DNA of 64,000 nt from an uncultured Geobacter sp. (lineage in GTDB: Bacteria > Desulfobacterota > Desulfuromonadia > Geobacterales > CAIOGM01). Within the stretch, counting starts at the first letter, position 1. Every line of letters starts with the position of its first letter. Positions 17,942 through 27,029 of the stretch are shown one piece after another. The notes below the pieces were generated by a model. That model did no database searches. It was not told where the DNA came from and saw nothing but the letters and a program-made list of their open reading frames with translations. The stretch is taken from contig CAIOGM010000051.1 of NCBI GenBank assembly GCA_903857795.1, positions 4,898-68,897 on the forward strand, given 5' to 3'. The position numbers and the translations under genes were made by a program.

Positions 17942-19198
17942 TCAGGCGTGAACGATATGCAGCTTTCTTGATACCTGCCGGTCGATGAAAAACATCATGG
18001 CGAGAGTAATGAGCATTGTGCAGGCGGTGACATAGCCAACGATATCAAAATGCTGTAGCGGCGCATTTTTCGCCGGTTGGTAGACAATGAGCCCCGACAC
18101 AAACGCGGCAATGCCGCCTGACACCTGTTGAATGGAAGAATTGATACCCATATATGCTCCGCGATCTTTCATCTCAGGCACCCCGGATATGAGTGCAGAA
18201 GACGAAATCATGCGTGATGAAATGCCGGTGTACAGAATAATGTTGGTCAGAATGACAACCCAGAGCGGGTTAGGTCCGAGGTTGGTGTAGATCATCACCA
18301 TGATCATCGAAAGGATGCTGCCAAAAACAAACAGTCGGTATTTACCGTACTTGTCAGCCTGCTTACCAAGGAAAGGGCCGGTTACTATGGAGGCGATCCC
18401 GGTAATGAAAAAAATCTCCGAGAGCTGCGTTTCCGGAACGAGAATATTATTCACCAGAAATGCGGTACTAAAAGGCATGATCATAAAACCGCCCGTGGCA
18501 AGCAGTATCGTCGCGGCGAAACCTCTCATGTAGAACGGATTCGATGCAGTTTGCCACAGGTGAATAAACGCGTTTTTGTCATCTCTCCCCTGGAGATGCC
18601 CTGTGACCGGCCTTAGCTTAAGCGCTATGACCATCCCGATAAGCAGGGCAATTGCCGCGATCATCAGAAACGGTGCGTGCCAGTTGAGATGCGTTGCCAG
18701 ATAAAGACCTACCGGAATACCGAGCACTTGACTGGCGGCAAATGCCATCTGTACGACCCCCATCACCCTGCCGCGTACCTGCATGGGGAAGGTATCGGCT
18801 ATTATGGCAAACGAAATCGAGCCGATCACTCCGCCAAAGATTCCGGTGAGGAGTCGGGCATAGAGCAGTGGCAGATAACTGCTGACAATACCGCAGCAGA
18901 GTGTGCCGCCGACAAATCCGGTGTAAAAGAACAGCAGCATTTTCTTCCGGTCAAATTTGTCGGCAAATCCGGCGGCACATAATCCTGAAGCCCCGGCACT
19001 GAAGGCGTACGCAGATACGACCAATCCAAACTGCGAGGTCGAAATGCCTAACCCTGGCATGAGGATGGCCCCCAGGGGTGACAGGACCATAAAATCAAGG
19101 ACGACAGTGAATTGCAATAGGGCAAGTATCGCGATGACGAATTTTTCGTAGGAGGAGAAGGTGTGTTTAGATGTATCCAACACTCCCATCTTACGCAT
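17942..19198 (-). CDS. MFS transporter
   Basis: About 12 hydrophobic segments, with the typical MFS loop GFADKFDRKKML and GKQADKYGKYR. The start is uncertain (Met candidates at 19270, 19234, 19198, 19189); 19198 avoids most overlap with the small upstream ORF. Confidence 0.8.
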   Translation of the reverse strand: MRKMGVLDTSKHTFSSYEKFVIAILALLQFTVVLDFMVLSPLGAILMPGLGISTSQFGLVVSAYAFSAGASGLCAAGFADKFDRKKMLLFFYTGFVGGTLCCGIVSSYLPLLYARLLTGIFGGVIGSISFAIIADTFPMQVRGRVMGVVQMAFAASQVLGIPVGLYLATHLNWHAPFLMIAAIALLIGMVIALKLRPVTGHLQGRDDKNAFIHLWQTASNPFYMRGFAATILLATGGFMIMPFSTAFLVNNILVPETQLSEIFFITGIASIVTGPFLGKQADKYGKYRLFVFGSILSMIMVMIYTNLGPNPLWVVILTNIILYTGISSRMISSSALISGVPEMKDRGAYMGINSSIQQVSGGIAAFVSGLIVYQPAKNAPLQHFDIVGYVTACTMLITLAMMFFIDRQVSRKLHIVHA

Positions 19199-19385
19199 CT
19201 TTTTCGTGGGCCTTTTTACCGTGTACTCGCTCATAGGCCTTGCAGAAAGGGCAGATATCCTGCTCAACATTCTTCACAAAGTCAAAGAGCACCCCTTTCT
19301 GATGATTACGGGCATGCCGACAAACCGGGCAGAACTCGCAACACGTTGCCAAGGCTCTATCCAGAGAGGATGGCTCTGGCTTCAT
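19191..19385 (-). CDS. Small Cys-rich protein (64 aa), possible zinc ribbon
   Basis: CCEFCPVC and CPFC motifs. Its ATG overlaps the stop of the upstream flavin reductase gene (ATGA on the minus strand at 19382-19385). Confidence 0.4.
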   Translation of the reverse strand: MKPEPSSLDRALATCCEFCPVCRHARNHQKGVLFDFVKNVEQDICPFCKAYERVHGKKAHEKDA

Positions 19386-19951
19386 AACAACTTCTTTCCG
19401 ATGGTAAATGCCTTGTCCAGCAACGGCCCTACCCCATGATAACCCCTATGGGCGATATCATACACCAGAGGCTTCAGCTTGAGGATATCGGGCAGGCCGT
19501 CATCACCCAGAATCTCCCGGTCGGCCTTTACATCAACTATTTCGCCGATGAACTGAGTGTGGATCCCCAGTTCAAAAGTATGCAGCAGGCGGCACTCCAG
19601 AACTACCGGGAACTCTGCAGCATAGGGAGCATCCACCAACTCGCTGCGAACCGGAGTCAACCCGGCAACGGCAAATTTGTCAATGTTACGTCCGGAGGCG
19701 ATCCCGACATAATCCGCTTCGGTAATGTGTGCTTCATCGGCAATGCCGACGGTAAAGGCCTTGCGGGAGATGATGCTGTCATAGGAGTGGCGGGATTTGC
19801 GTATGGACACGGTAACACAGGGAGGTTCGGAGCAGCAGATGCCGCCCCAGGCTGCATTCATCAGGTTTGGTCTGTCCGCCTGGTCGTAACTGCCGACCAT
19901 CAGGACCGGCGCAGGGAACAGAAGGGTTTTGGGGCCGAGTGATTGTTTCAT
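19382..19951 (-). CDS. Flavin reductase-like (FMN-binding split-barrel) protein
   Basis: LLFPAPVLMVGSYDQADRPNLMNAAWGGICCSEPPCVTVSIRKSRHSYDSI is typical of the flavin reductase domain family. Confidence 0.8.
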   Translation of the reverse strand: MKQSLGPKTLLFPAPVLMVGSYDQADRPNLMNAAWGGICCSEPPCVTVSIRKSRHSYDSIISRKAFTVGIADEAHITEADYVGIASGRNIDKFAVAGLTPVRSELVDAPYAAEFPVVLECRLLHTFELGIHTQFIGEIVDVKADREILGDDGLPDILKLKPLVYDIAHRGYHGVGPLLDKAFTIGKKLL

Positions 19952-20502
19952 GGTCTCCTCTCATTTCCGGAATTCTTGACGAACCTCACGGATTTCTCTT
20001 TCCACCTCAGTTTTATAAATCAGAATTGTTTGGTTTCAATACTCGTATAGAGCAGACAAGTCAACGAAATATTACCATGTTGGGAGAATGTCGAGACTAG
20101 AGGATATCCGGAATTATTCAGATTTCTATCTTATAACTACACCCGGTCGGACATTGTCCGGATCGAAGTTATCGGGGGTACGATTACTTTGTAATGTCGG
20201 AGGAAGATTGTCCGCGCAGAAGATGTCAGGAGTATAGTAAAATGCAATAATCCACTAAATCTGCTGAATATAGGTTACAGTCCACTGTACAGCTATCAGA
20301 CTTTCGTATGCATTCTTTGACATTTTTGATAGACTTGACCTGAGATGGGACCTGCCGAGAGTATGGGGGAGGAGGTGACAACGAACGAAGATGGATGAAT
20401 TTGTCCAGTTGACCTCCCGCAGCTGAATTAGGAGGAACCAATTCATGACAACGGCACGTACACAGAGGTCAACGGCGATAAAATTAAGGGGGCGCGACCG
20501 AG

Positions 20503-21174
20503 ATGCGAATATTGGATGGAACTACCTTGAAAAACTTGATTTCGGTGTTGATTACAGTTGTCGCGGCATCTGTTGTTTCATTCTTCACAATACAAGCGGA
20601 ATCGTGGGGAGAGACAAAAACTCAGCAACCGGGCCAGGTAATATTGGAGAAGGCAACATTTGCCGGTGGATGCTTCTGGTGCATGGAGCATCCGTTCGAT
20701 GAACTTTCGGGTGTTGTTTCCGTTATCCCAGGATATACAGGGGGCCAAAAGAAAAACCCGACCTATAAGGAAGTATCAGCGGGTGGGACCGGTCATGCCG
20801 AATCGGTGCAGATCATCTATGACCCGGCGAAAATTAACTATGAGAAACTGTTGACCGTTTACTGGCACAATATCGATCCGACCGTGAAAGATCGCCAGTT
20901 CTGTGACGTTGGTAACCAATATCGTGGCGCCATCTTTTACCACACGATAGAACAGCAACAACTGGCTATAAAATCAAAAGAGAACCTTGAAAGGGAAAAA
21001 AAATTCAGCGTCCCGGTTGCCACCGAAATAATAAAGGCTAGTGATTTTTACCCGGCAGAGGAATACCATCAGCACTATTATAAAAAAAATCCGATCAGGT
21101 ACAAATACTATCGTAGCAGTTGCGGCCGAGATAACAGACTCAAAGAGTTGTGGGGCAGCTCGGCCGGACACTGA
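20503..21174 (+). CDS. msrA: Peptide-methionine (S)-S-oxide reductase with N-terminal membrane anchor/signal
   Basis: ATFAGGCFWCMEHPFDE...IPGYTGG...NPTYKEVSAGGTGHAESVQIIYDP...YHQHYY. Confidence 0.9.
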   Translation: MRILDGTTLKNLISVLITVVAASVVSFFTIQAESWGETKTQQPGQVILEKATFAGGCFWCMEHPFDELSGVVSVIPGYTGGQKKNPTYKEVSAGGTGHAESVQIIYDPAKINYEKLLTVYWHNIDPTVKDRQFCDVGNQYRGAIFYHTIEQQQLAIKSKENLEREKKFSVPVATEIIKASDFYPAEEYHQHYYKKNPIRYKYYRSSCGRDNRLKELWGSSAGH

Positions 21175-21193
21175 CGACACCAAGGAGCTTAAT

Positions 21194-21754
21194 ATGCTAT
21201 CACGCAGATTGTTTCTTGTGGGTGGATTATTCAGCATGCTCGTAGCCTGCAACAGCAGGACAAACAAACCTGAGATGTTAGCAAAGCCCATTAACTCTGT
21301 ACCGGATCTCTCTTCAAAAATCCGGTTATATTCCGCAGCCCAGAAAGGATATTTTATGAGCGATAAGGTCGTCAAAACTGAAGCTGAATGGCGCACATTG
21401 TTGACGCCAGAACAGTACGATGTCACCCGCGAACAGGGTACGGAGCGTGCCTTCACCGGGGTAACGTGGAATAATCATGATCATGGCGTCTACCAGTGCA
21501 TCTGCTGCGGAAACGACTTGTATCTCTCGGAGCATAAATACGAATCCGGCACGGGGTGGCCTAGCTTCTGGCAACCAATCGCCCCAGAGAACATAGCGAC
21601 CCGCGAAGACAAAAGCCTTTTTTCGAAGCGGACCGAAGTCCGATGCTCCCGGTGCGACGCTCATTTGGGGCATGTCTTTGATGACGGCCCCAAGCCGACC
21701 GGGCTACGCTACTGCATGAATTCGGCAGCGATGAAATTCGTGAAGATGTCGTGA
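21194..21754 (+). CDS. msrB: Peptide-methionine (R)-S-oxide reductase, lipoprotein-type signal
   Basis: MLSRRLFLVGGLFSMLVAC signal, then TPEQYDVTREQGTERAFTG...YQCICCGNDLY...GTGWPSFW...RCSRCDAHLGHVFDDGP.PTGLRYCMNS. AAGGAG lies upstream of the ATG at 21194. Confidence 0.9.
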   Translation: MLSRRLFLVGGLFSMLVACNSRTNKPEMLAKPINSVPDLSSKIRLYSAAQKGYFMSDKVVKTEAEWRTLLTPEQYDVTREQGTERAFTGVTWNNHDHGVYQCICCGNDLYLSEHKYESGTGWPSFWQPIAPENIATREDKSLFSKRTEVRCSRCDAHLGHVFDDGPKPTGLRYCMNSAAMKFVKMS

Positions 21755-23292
21755 CCTCTTCGCTGACGCTACAACCTGACACCCCAGAGAATAGAGAACT
21801 GCGAGAAAACGTCCACCCCACAGGCTGGATTAACCCTCAGCCGACGGGCAGATACAATCTGGTAGTGATTGGAGCGGGAACAGCCGGGTTGATAGCGGCA
21901 GCCGGCGCCGCAGGGTTGGGAGCCAAGGTTGCTCTGGTCGAACGTCACTTGATGGGCGGTGACTGCCTCAATGTCGGCTGTGTCCCATCCAAAGGGATGA
22001 TCCGTGCCTCCCGAGCTCTGTTCGATGTTCGGCACAGTGCCGAATTTGGGGTGCAGGGCTGCAATGATTTCGATTTCAATTTTTCAACGACAATGGAAAG
22101 AATGCGCCGATTGCGTGCTGAAATCAGTAGTCACGACTCTGCAAAACGTTACCGGGACGAACTGGGTGTCGATGTTTTTATCGGGCAAGGGAGCTTTGCC
22201 GGAGCTGATTGCATTGAGGTGGATGGCAAAAAACTCCACTTCAAAAAGGCAGCCATCTGCAGCGGTGCCCGCGCTGCCACGCCATCCATCCCTGGTTTGG
22301 CAGAAACCGGGTACCTTACCAACGAAACCGTATTCTCCTTAACCGAATTACCGTTGCGCTTGGCTGTAATCGGAGCAGGGCCCATCGGCTGCGAACTGGC
22401 CCAAGCGTTTGCCCGCTTTGGCAGTCGGGTGACTCTCATCGAACGTAGCCCGCGTATCATGGAGCGGGAAGATTCCGATGCCACTCGGGTATTGCAGGCA
22501 GCCTTGGTGCGTGAAGGCGTCGACCTGCAACTGGCGGGAACGATTCACTGGGTGAGGAAACGAGGCAATGACAAGGTCTTGTGCCTGGAGCGGGATGGAC
22601 TGACCGTTGAGATCATTGCCGACGAAATCCTGGTTGGCGTCGGTCGGACTCCCAATATCGAAGGGCTGGCCCTTGAAAAGGCCGGGATACGTTACAACAA
22701 GGCGGGTGTCACGGTCAGCGAGACCCTGCAGACCTCAAATCCCAATATCTACGCCGCCGGCGACATCTGCTTCCCCTTCAAATTTACCCACACTGCCGAC
22801 GCACTTGCCCGGATTCTGATTGCCAATGCCCTCTTCATGGGGCACCAGAAGAGCTCTGCCCTTACCATTCCCTGGTGTACCTTTACTGATCCGGAGATCG
22901 CCCACGTAGGGATGTCTGAACAGGGAGCACTAGCGAAGGGGCTTAACGTGTCAACACTTACCGTTTTGTTGTCCGACGTAGACCGTGCAGTGCTTGACGG
23001 TGAAACTGAGGGCTTTGCCAGGGTTCATCTGCGCAGGGGAACAGATAAAATACTTGGTGCCACCATCGTGGCTCGTCATGCTGGAGAGATGATCAATGAG
23101 TTCTCCCTCGCAATTACCTCCGGCCTTGGACTCTCCGCCATCGGGAAGACCATTCATCCCTATCCGACCCAAGCCGAGGCCATCAAGCGCTTGGCCGATG
23201 CCTATAACCGGACACGGCTGACCCCGTTTGTGCAAACCCTGCTGTCAGGCTGGCTTAAGTGGCAGAGGGGAGGGAATAAGTCGGTATTATAA
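21751..23292 (+). CDS. FAD-dependent pyridine nucleotide-disulfide oxidoreductase (mercuric reductase / dihydrolipoamide dehydrogenase family)
   Basis: YNLVVIGAGTAGLIAAAGAAGLGAKVALVE (FAD site), redox-active GGDCLNVGCVPSK, second Rossmann fold VIGAGPIGCELAQ. The GTG start overlaps the msrB stop (GTGA). Confidence 0.85.
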   Translation: MTSSLTLQPDTPENRELRENVHPTGWINPQPTGRYNLVVIGAGTAGLIAAAGAAGLGAKVALVERHLMGGDCLNVGCVPSKGMIRASRALFDVRHSAEFGVQGCNDFDFNFSTTMERMRRLRAEISSHDSAKRYRDELGVDVFIGQGSFAGADCIEVDGKKLHFKKAAICSGARAATPSIPGLAETGYLTNETVFSLTELPLRLAVIGAGPIGCELAQAFARFGSRVTLIERSPRIMEREDSDATRVLQAALVREGVDLQLAGTIHWVRKRGNDKVLCLERDGLTVEIIADEILVGVGRTPNIEGLALEKAGIRYNKAGVTVSETLQTSNPNIYAAGDICFPFKFTHTADALARILIANALFMGHQKSSALTIPWCTFTDPEIAHVGMSEQGALAKGLNVSTLTVLLSDVDRAVLDGETEGFARVHLRRGTDKILGATIVARHAGEMINEFSLAITSGLGLSAIGKTIHPYPTQAEAIKRLADAYNRTRLTPFVQTLLSGWLKWQRGGNKSVL

Positions 23293-23448
23293 CTCCAAGG
23301 GGGCGAAATATGAAAATCTGCAGGGAGAGTTGACTTTCAGCCAAAAGGCTATCTGAAGCCCAAGGTTGAATTCACTGCAGTTATTCCCAAAGAGGCTGCC
23401 CCAACAGGAAAACTGACTCTGATAGCACGCCAGCGCTGCAATCTTCAC

Positions 23449-23528
23449 GGTAGGGTATTATCGGGTAGGGTTACGGGTATTCAACCCTTGCATTATGGGT
23501 ATTATTGGGTATGATTGCGGGTAGGGGG
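23449..23528 (+). repeat. Cluster of GGGTA(T/G) repeats, including a canonical G-quadruplex motif, directly upstream of fic
   Basis: GGTAGGGTATTATCGGGTAGGGTTACGGGTATTC...ATGGGTATTATTGGGTATGATTGCGGGTAGGGGGG. GGGTATTATCGGGTAGGGTTACGGG (23453-23477) fits G3N1-7G3N1-7G3N1-7G3. Confidence 0.6.
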
Positions 23529-23535
23529 GAAGGAA

Positions 23536-24585
23536 ATGATTAGCCTCGATACTATCACGATCGACTCAACTGTGCTGAATCTCATCTCAGACCTGGATGA
23601 GTTCAAGGGCCGGTGGGACCTGCTGGGCCGCCTGGCGCCGGACGTACTGCAATCGTTACGTAAGGTGGCGACCATCGAATCGGTCGGATCGTCCACCCGG
23701 ATCGAGGGAGCGCGGCTGTCTGATCATGAGGTCGAAGCACTCCTGACGAATCTGGATGTCAATTCGTTCCGTTCCCGTGATGAGGAGGAAGTGGCCGGGT
23801 ACGCCGAGGCCATGGGGACGGTGTTCGATTCCTGGGAGCACATCTCCCTGACTGAGAACCACGTCAAGCAGCTTCACGGCATGTTGCTGAAGTATAGCGG
23901 TAAGGATACCTCCCACCGAGGGGAGTATAAGAATATCTCGAACAACGTGGAAGCGTTCGATGCCAGCGGCAAGAGTATCGGCGTCATTTTCGAGACTGCG
24001 GCACCGTTCGATACACCACTGCTTATGTCCCAACTGGTCGAAGCAACCCGGCGGGAACTGGCATCTCGGGAGCTGCACCCGCTGCTGATCGTGGCGGCTT
24101 TCACGGTGCACTTCCTGGCGATCCATCCTTTCCAGGACGGCAACGGTCGCTTGTCTCGCGTACTGACCACACTGTTATTATTGCAGGCCGGGTATCGTTA
24201 TGTCCCGTATAGTTCAATGGAGCGGATCATTGAAGAGAATAAAGACGGGTACTACCGGGCGCTGCGGGCGTCGCAGAAAGAGATCCGGACCGACGTGGAG
24301 AACTTGGACGACTGGGTCAGGTTTTTCCTCCAGACCTTGAAGAAACAGAAGGATGTATTATTGCGGAAGGTCGAACAGGAGCAGTGTCTGGAGAAGCTGT
24401 CGTCGCTTTCAGAACAGCTGGTGGTACAGACCCGGGACCGCGGCCGCTTGACGATCACGGATGCTATCACCCTGCTGGGTGTCAATCGGAATACCGTCAA
24501 GCTGCACCTGCGCCAGCTTGTCGAGAGCGGTCACCTGAAACGTCACGGCACCGGCCGGGCTACGTGGTACACGGTGGGGAGGTAA
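23536..24585 (+). CDS. Fic family protein with C-terminal winged-helix-like domain
   Basis: Fic motif HPFQDGNGRLSRVLTTLLLL. The C-terminal part reads ITDAITLLGVNRNTVKLHLRQLVESGHLKRHGTGRATWY. The ATG at 23536 follows GGGGGGAAGGA. Confidence 0.9.
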   Translation: MISLDTITIDSTVLNLISDLDEFKGRWDLLGRLAPDVLQSLRKVATIESVGSSTRIEGARLSDHEVEALLTNLDVNSFRSRDEEEVAGYAEAMGTVFDSWEHISLTENHVKQLHGMLLKYSGKDTSHRGEYKNISNNVEAFDASGKSIGVIFETAAPFDTPLLMSQLVEATRRELASRELHPLLIVAAFTVHFLAIHPFQDGNGRLSRVLTTLLLLQAGYRYVPYSSMERIIEENKDGYYRALRASQKEIRTDVENLDDWVRFFLQTLKKQKDVLLRKVEQEQCLEKLSSLSEQLVVQTRDRGRLTITDAITLLGVNRNTVKLHLRQLVESGHLKRHGTGRATWYTVGR

Positions 24586-24654
24586 CGCGGTTAATTTCTC
24601 CTCCCCCGTTATTCGGTTCAATCGCAGTAGAAAATCTCTAATTCCTGAGGTTAG

Positions 24655-24861
24655 CTATGGGGATTCTACTTCATAAAGCACTTGGCCCTTGCCGGCCACC
24701 AGAGTTAAGAGCACAACCAGCACCGGTGTGGCGCATGGAGAAGATATGACCCCGAATAATAGTCCGAGGAGGAACGAACCACAGATCCCGCCCTGTTTAG
24801 GCTTGAAATCCCGTTTGATCGGCACCTGGACCTCATAGAGCCCCATCATCTGCCCACCCAT
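24655..24861 (-). pseudogene. Fragment of a CcdA/DsbD-like membrane protein (remnant)
   Basis: FLLGLLFGVISSPCATPVLVVLLTLVAG resembles the cytochrome c biogenesis (CcdA/DsbD) transmembrane region. Only ~68 codons remain, with no credible N-terminus. Confidence 0.35.
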
Positions 24862-25021
24862 CGAATCGCGGCGTCCGGCAGAATCCTGCGGTAGGGACCA
24901 ACCATCTGTTCAGCACCTGTTTACCTCGGTTGGCCAAGGCGATGGCGGTTACCGAGGCAGTGGTAGTTTTGCCGACGCCCCCTTTGGCGGTAAAGAAGAG
25001 ATTTTTCGGTGGTGAAAGCAA
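24833..25021 (-). pseudogene. arsA: N-terminal fragment of arsenite-pump ATPase ArsA (remnant)
   Basis: NLFFTAKGGVGKTTTASVTAIALANRGKQVL matches the ArsA N-terminal P-loop (FFTGKGGVGKTS...LA..GK.VLLVSTDPA). The reading then degenerates and stops after 62 codons. It lies just downstream of acr3 in the ars operon. Confidence 0.55.
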
Positions 25022-25046
25022 ACATAGATGGGATCAAGATCACTCC

Positions 25047-26099
25047 TTATGCCTGAACCGGAAACCAGCGCCGCTGGAACCAGAAGGCCACATGGACCAG
25101 CCCGATCATGACGGGCACTTCCACCAAGGGGCCGATGACGGCAGCGAAGGCGGCCCCGGAGTTGAGCCCGAAAACCGCCACGGCCACGGCGATGGCCAGC
25201 TCGAAGTTGTTGCTGGCGGCAGTAAAGGCCAAGGTGGTGGTCTTGCTGTAGTCCGCCCCCATTTTTTTACCCATCCAGAACGAAACCAGGAACATGACGA
25301 TGAAGTAGATCCCCAGTGGAATGGCGATGCGTACCACATCCAGAGGCAGTTGTACAATCAGGTTTCCTTTAAGGCTGAACATGACCACGATGGTGAAGAG
25401 CAGGGCAATAAGTGTGAGGGGGCCTATTTTTGGTACCAATTCACGGTGATACCGTTCTTTACCCATGATCTTGACACCAATCAAGCGCGTCATGGCCCCG
25501 GCGATACAGGGGATTCCCAAGTAGATGAAAACGCTCTGTGCGATCTGGCCGATGCTGATATCCACGGCCATCCCCTTGAGCCCGACCAGTGGTGGCAACA
25601 CGGTGATAAAGAACCAGGCGTAGACACTGTAGAAGAGTACCTGGAAGATACTGTTGAAGGCCACCAGCCCGGCGGCATATTCGGTGTTCCCGTTGGCCAG
25701 TTCGTTCCAGACGATAACCATGGCGATACAGCGTGCCAGGCCGATCATGATCAAGCCTACAAGGTACTCCGGTTTATCCGGCAATAACAGCGCCGCCAGC
25801 ACGAACATCAGTACCGGGCCGATAAGCCAGTTCTGAATCAATGAAATGCCGAGGATTTTCTTATTTTGGAAGACCTCGGGCATATCCTCGTACCGTACCT
25901 TTGCAAAGGGCGGATACATCATCAGGATCAGTCCGACGGCAATGGGGATGTTGGTGGTCCCCACTTGAAAGCGGTTGATGAACTGCTCCACGCCGGGGAT
26001 GAAATAGCCGGCTCCGACCCCCAGAATCATGGCGGTAAAAATCCAGAGAGTGAGGTAGCGGTCCAGGAAGGAGAGTTTTCGGGTAAGGTGTTCGCTCAT
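25047..26099 (-). CDS. acr3: ACR3-family arsenite efflux transporter
   Basis: [36 protein letters not shown] and a ~10-TM profile, in ars operon context. Confidence 0.9.
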   Translation of the reverse strand: MSEHLTRKLSFLDRYLTLWIFTAMILGVGAGYFIPGVEQFINRFQVGTTNIPIAVGLILMMYPPFAKVRYEDMPEVFQNKKILGISLIQNWLIGPVLMFVLAALLLPDKPEYLVGLIMIGLARCIAMVIVWNELANGNTEYAAGLVAFNSIFQVLFYSVYAWFFITVLPPLVGLKGMAVDISIGQIAQSVFIYLGIPCIAGAMTRLIGVKIMGKERYHRELVPKIGPLTLIALLFTIVVMFSLKGNLIVQLPLDVVRIAIPLGIYFIVMFLVSFWMGKKMGADYSKTTTLAFTAASNNFELAIAVAVAVFGLNSGAAFAAVIGPLVEVPVMIGLVHVAFWFQRRWFPVQA

Positions 26100-26521
26100 G
26101 GTTCGCCTCCTGTCAGAAAAGCGGTAAGTTTGTGTCGGATCTCATCACGTACTCGCCGGAATTCCGGCAGCAGCTCTTCTGGTGTTCCGGGTAAACTTGA
26201 CGGGTCGTCGAAACCGATGTGGACCCGCTTCACCCCGCCGAAGAATAGGGGACACTTTTCGTTGGCAGAGCCGCAGAGAGTGATGACGCAGGCAAACTGC
26301 TCTCCAGCGAACTCATCAAGCGTCTTGGAGCGGTGGCCGGATATGTCGATGCCCAGTTCTGCCAGAACTTGGCTGGCCAGAGGGTTGACCCGGGTAGCCT
26401 CGGTACCAGCAGAAAACGCCTGGAAACGATCACCCAGATAGTGATTGACCAACCCTTCGGCCATTTGCGACCTGCAGGAATTATGCGTACACAGGAACAG
26501 CACTTTTTTAGTCATAGACAA
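26096..26521 (-). CDS. arsC: Arsenate reductase, LMW-PTPase (thioredoxin-coupled) type
   Basis: [19 protein letters not shown] (CX5R P-loop) and downstream Cys residues ([13 protein letters not shown]). Confidence 0.9.
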   Translation of the reverse strand: MSMTKKVLFLCTHNSCRSQMAEGLVNHYLGDRFQAFSAGTEATRVNPLASQVLAELGIDISGHRSKTLDEFAGEQFACVITLCGSANEKCPLFFGGVKRVHIGFDDPSSLPGTPEELLPEFRRVRDEIRHKLTAFLTGGEP

Positions 26522-26568
26522 TATCCTTTCAAGTTATCCGCATAAACAGATATAATAAAGACAAAAAA

Positions 26569-26910
26569 TCAGGCACACTTTCTTTCTGTGGTGGAATCGA
26601 CCAATCGCTTTCGATCTTCGCCTGCAACTGCGACTTCCGGCAAGTGTGTTCCGAGCAGCTTAGATACCTCTTGTTGAAAGGTGCTCCCTGCGGCTGTAAC
26701 TTTATAATGAACCCAAAGCCCCGAACGCCGATCATCTACCCATCCACTATTACGCAAGTAGGCCATATGTCGGGAAGCAGTCGATTGGGGCAGATGCAAA
26801 GCTGCCATGATATCGCAGACACAAAGTTCACCTTCGCTTAACAGGAGCCCCAGAATACGGAGGCGGGTTTCATCGGCTAACGCTTTGAACATTCGGGCAG
26901 TCTGTTTCAT
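26569..26910 (-). CDS. arsR: ArsR/SmtB family metalloregulator
   Basis: FKALADETRLRILGLLLSEGELCVCDIMAAL...STASRHMAYLRNSG. It is the first gene of the ars operon. Confidence 0.85.
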   Translation of the reverse strand: MKQTARMFKALADETRLRILGLLLSEGELCVCDIMAALHLPQSTASRHMAYLRNSGWVDDRRSGLWVHYKVTAAGSTFQQEVSKLLGTHLPEVAVAGEDRKRLVDSTTERKCA

Positions 26911-27029
26911 GGATGCAATATAGCCGGATAAGCGGATACTGTCAAGACCATAAATAGCCCAATGAAACGGCCTTCCGGGAATATCTCCGGGAGGCCGTTG
27001 TTGTCTCTGATAATGCTGCTGCCGTGATT

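Noticed and set aside
19952-20502. The 550-nt AT-richer spacer upstream of msrA, as a possible ncRNA or IS remnant (ORFs 20226-20441, 20255-20446, 20445-20702)
   Set aside because: I recognised no transposase-like or other motif, no inverted repeats and no conserved RNA motif. It is probably just a promoter or leader region.
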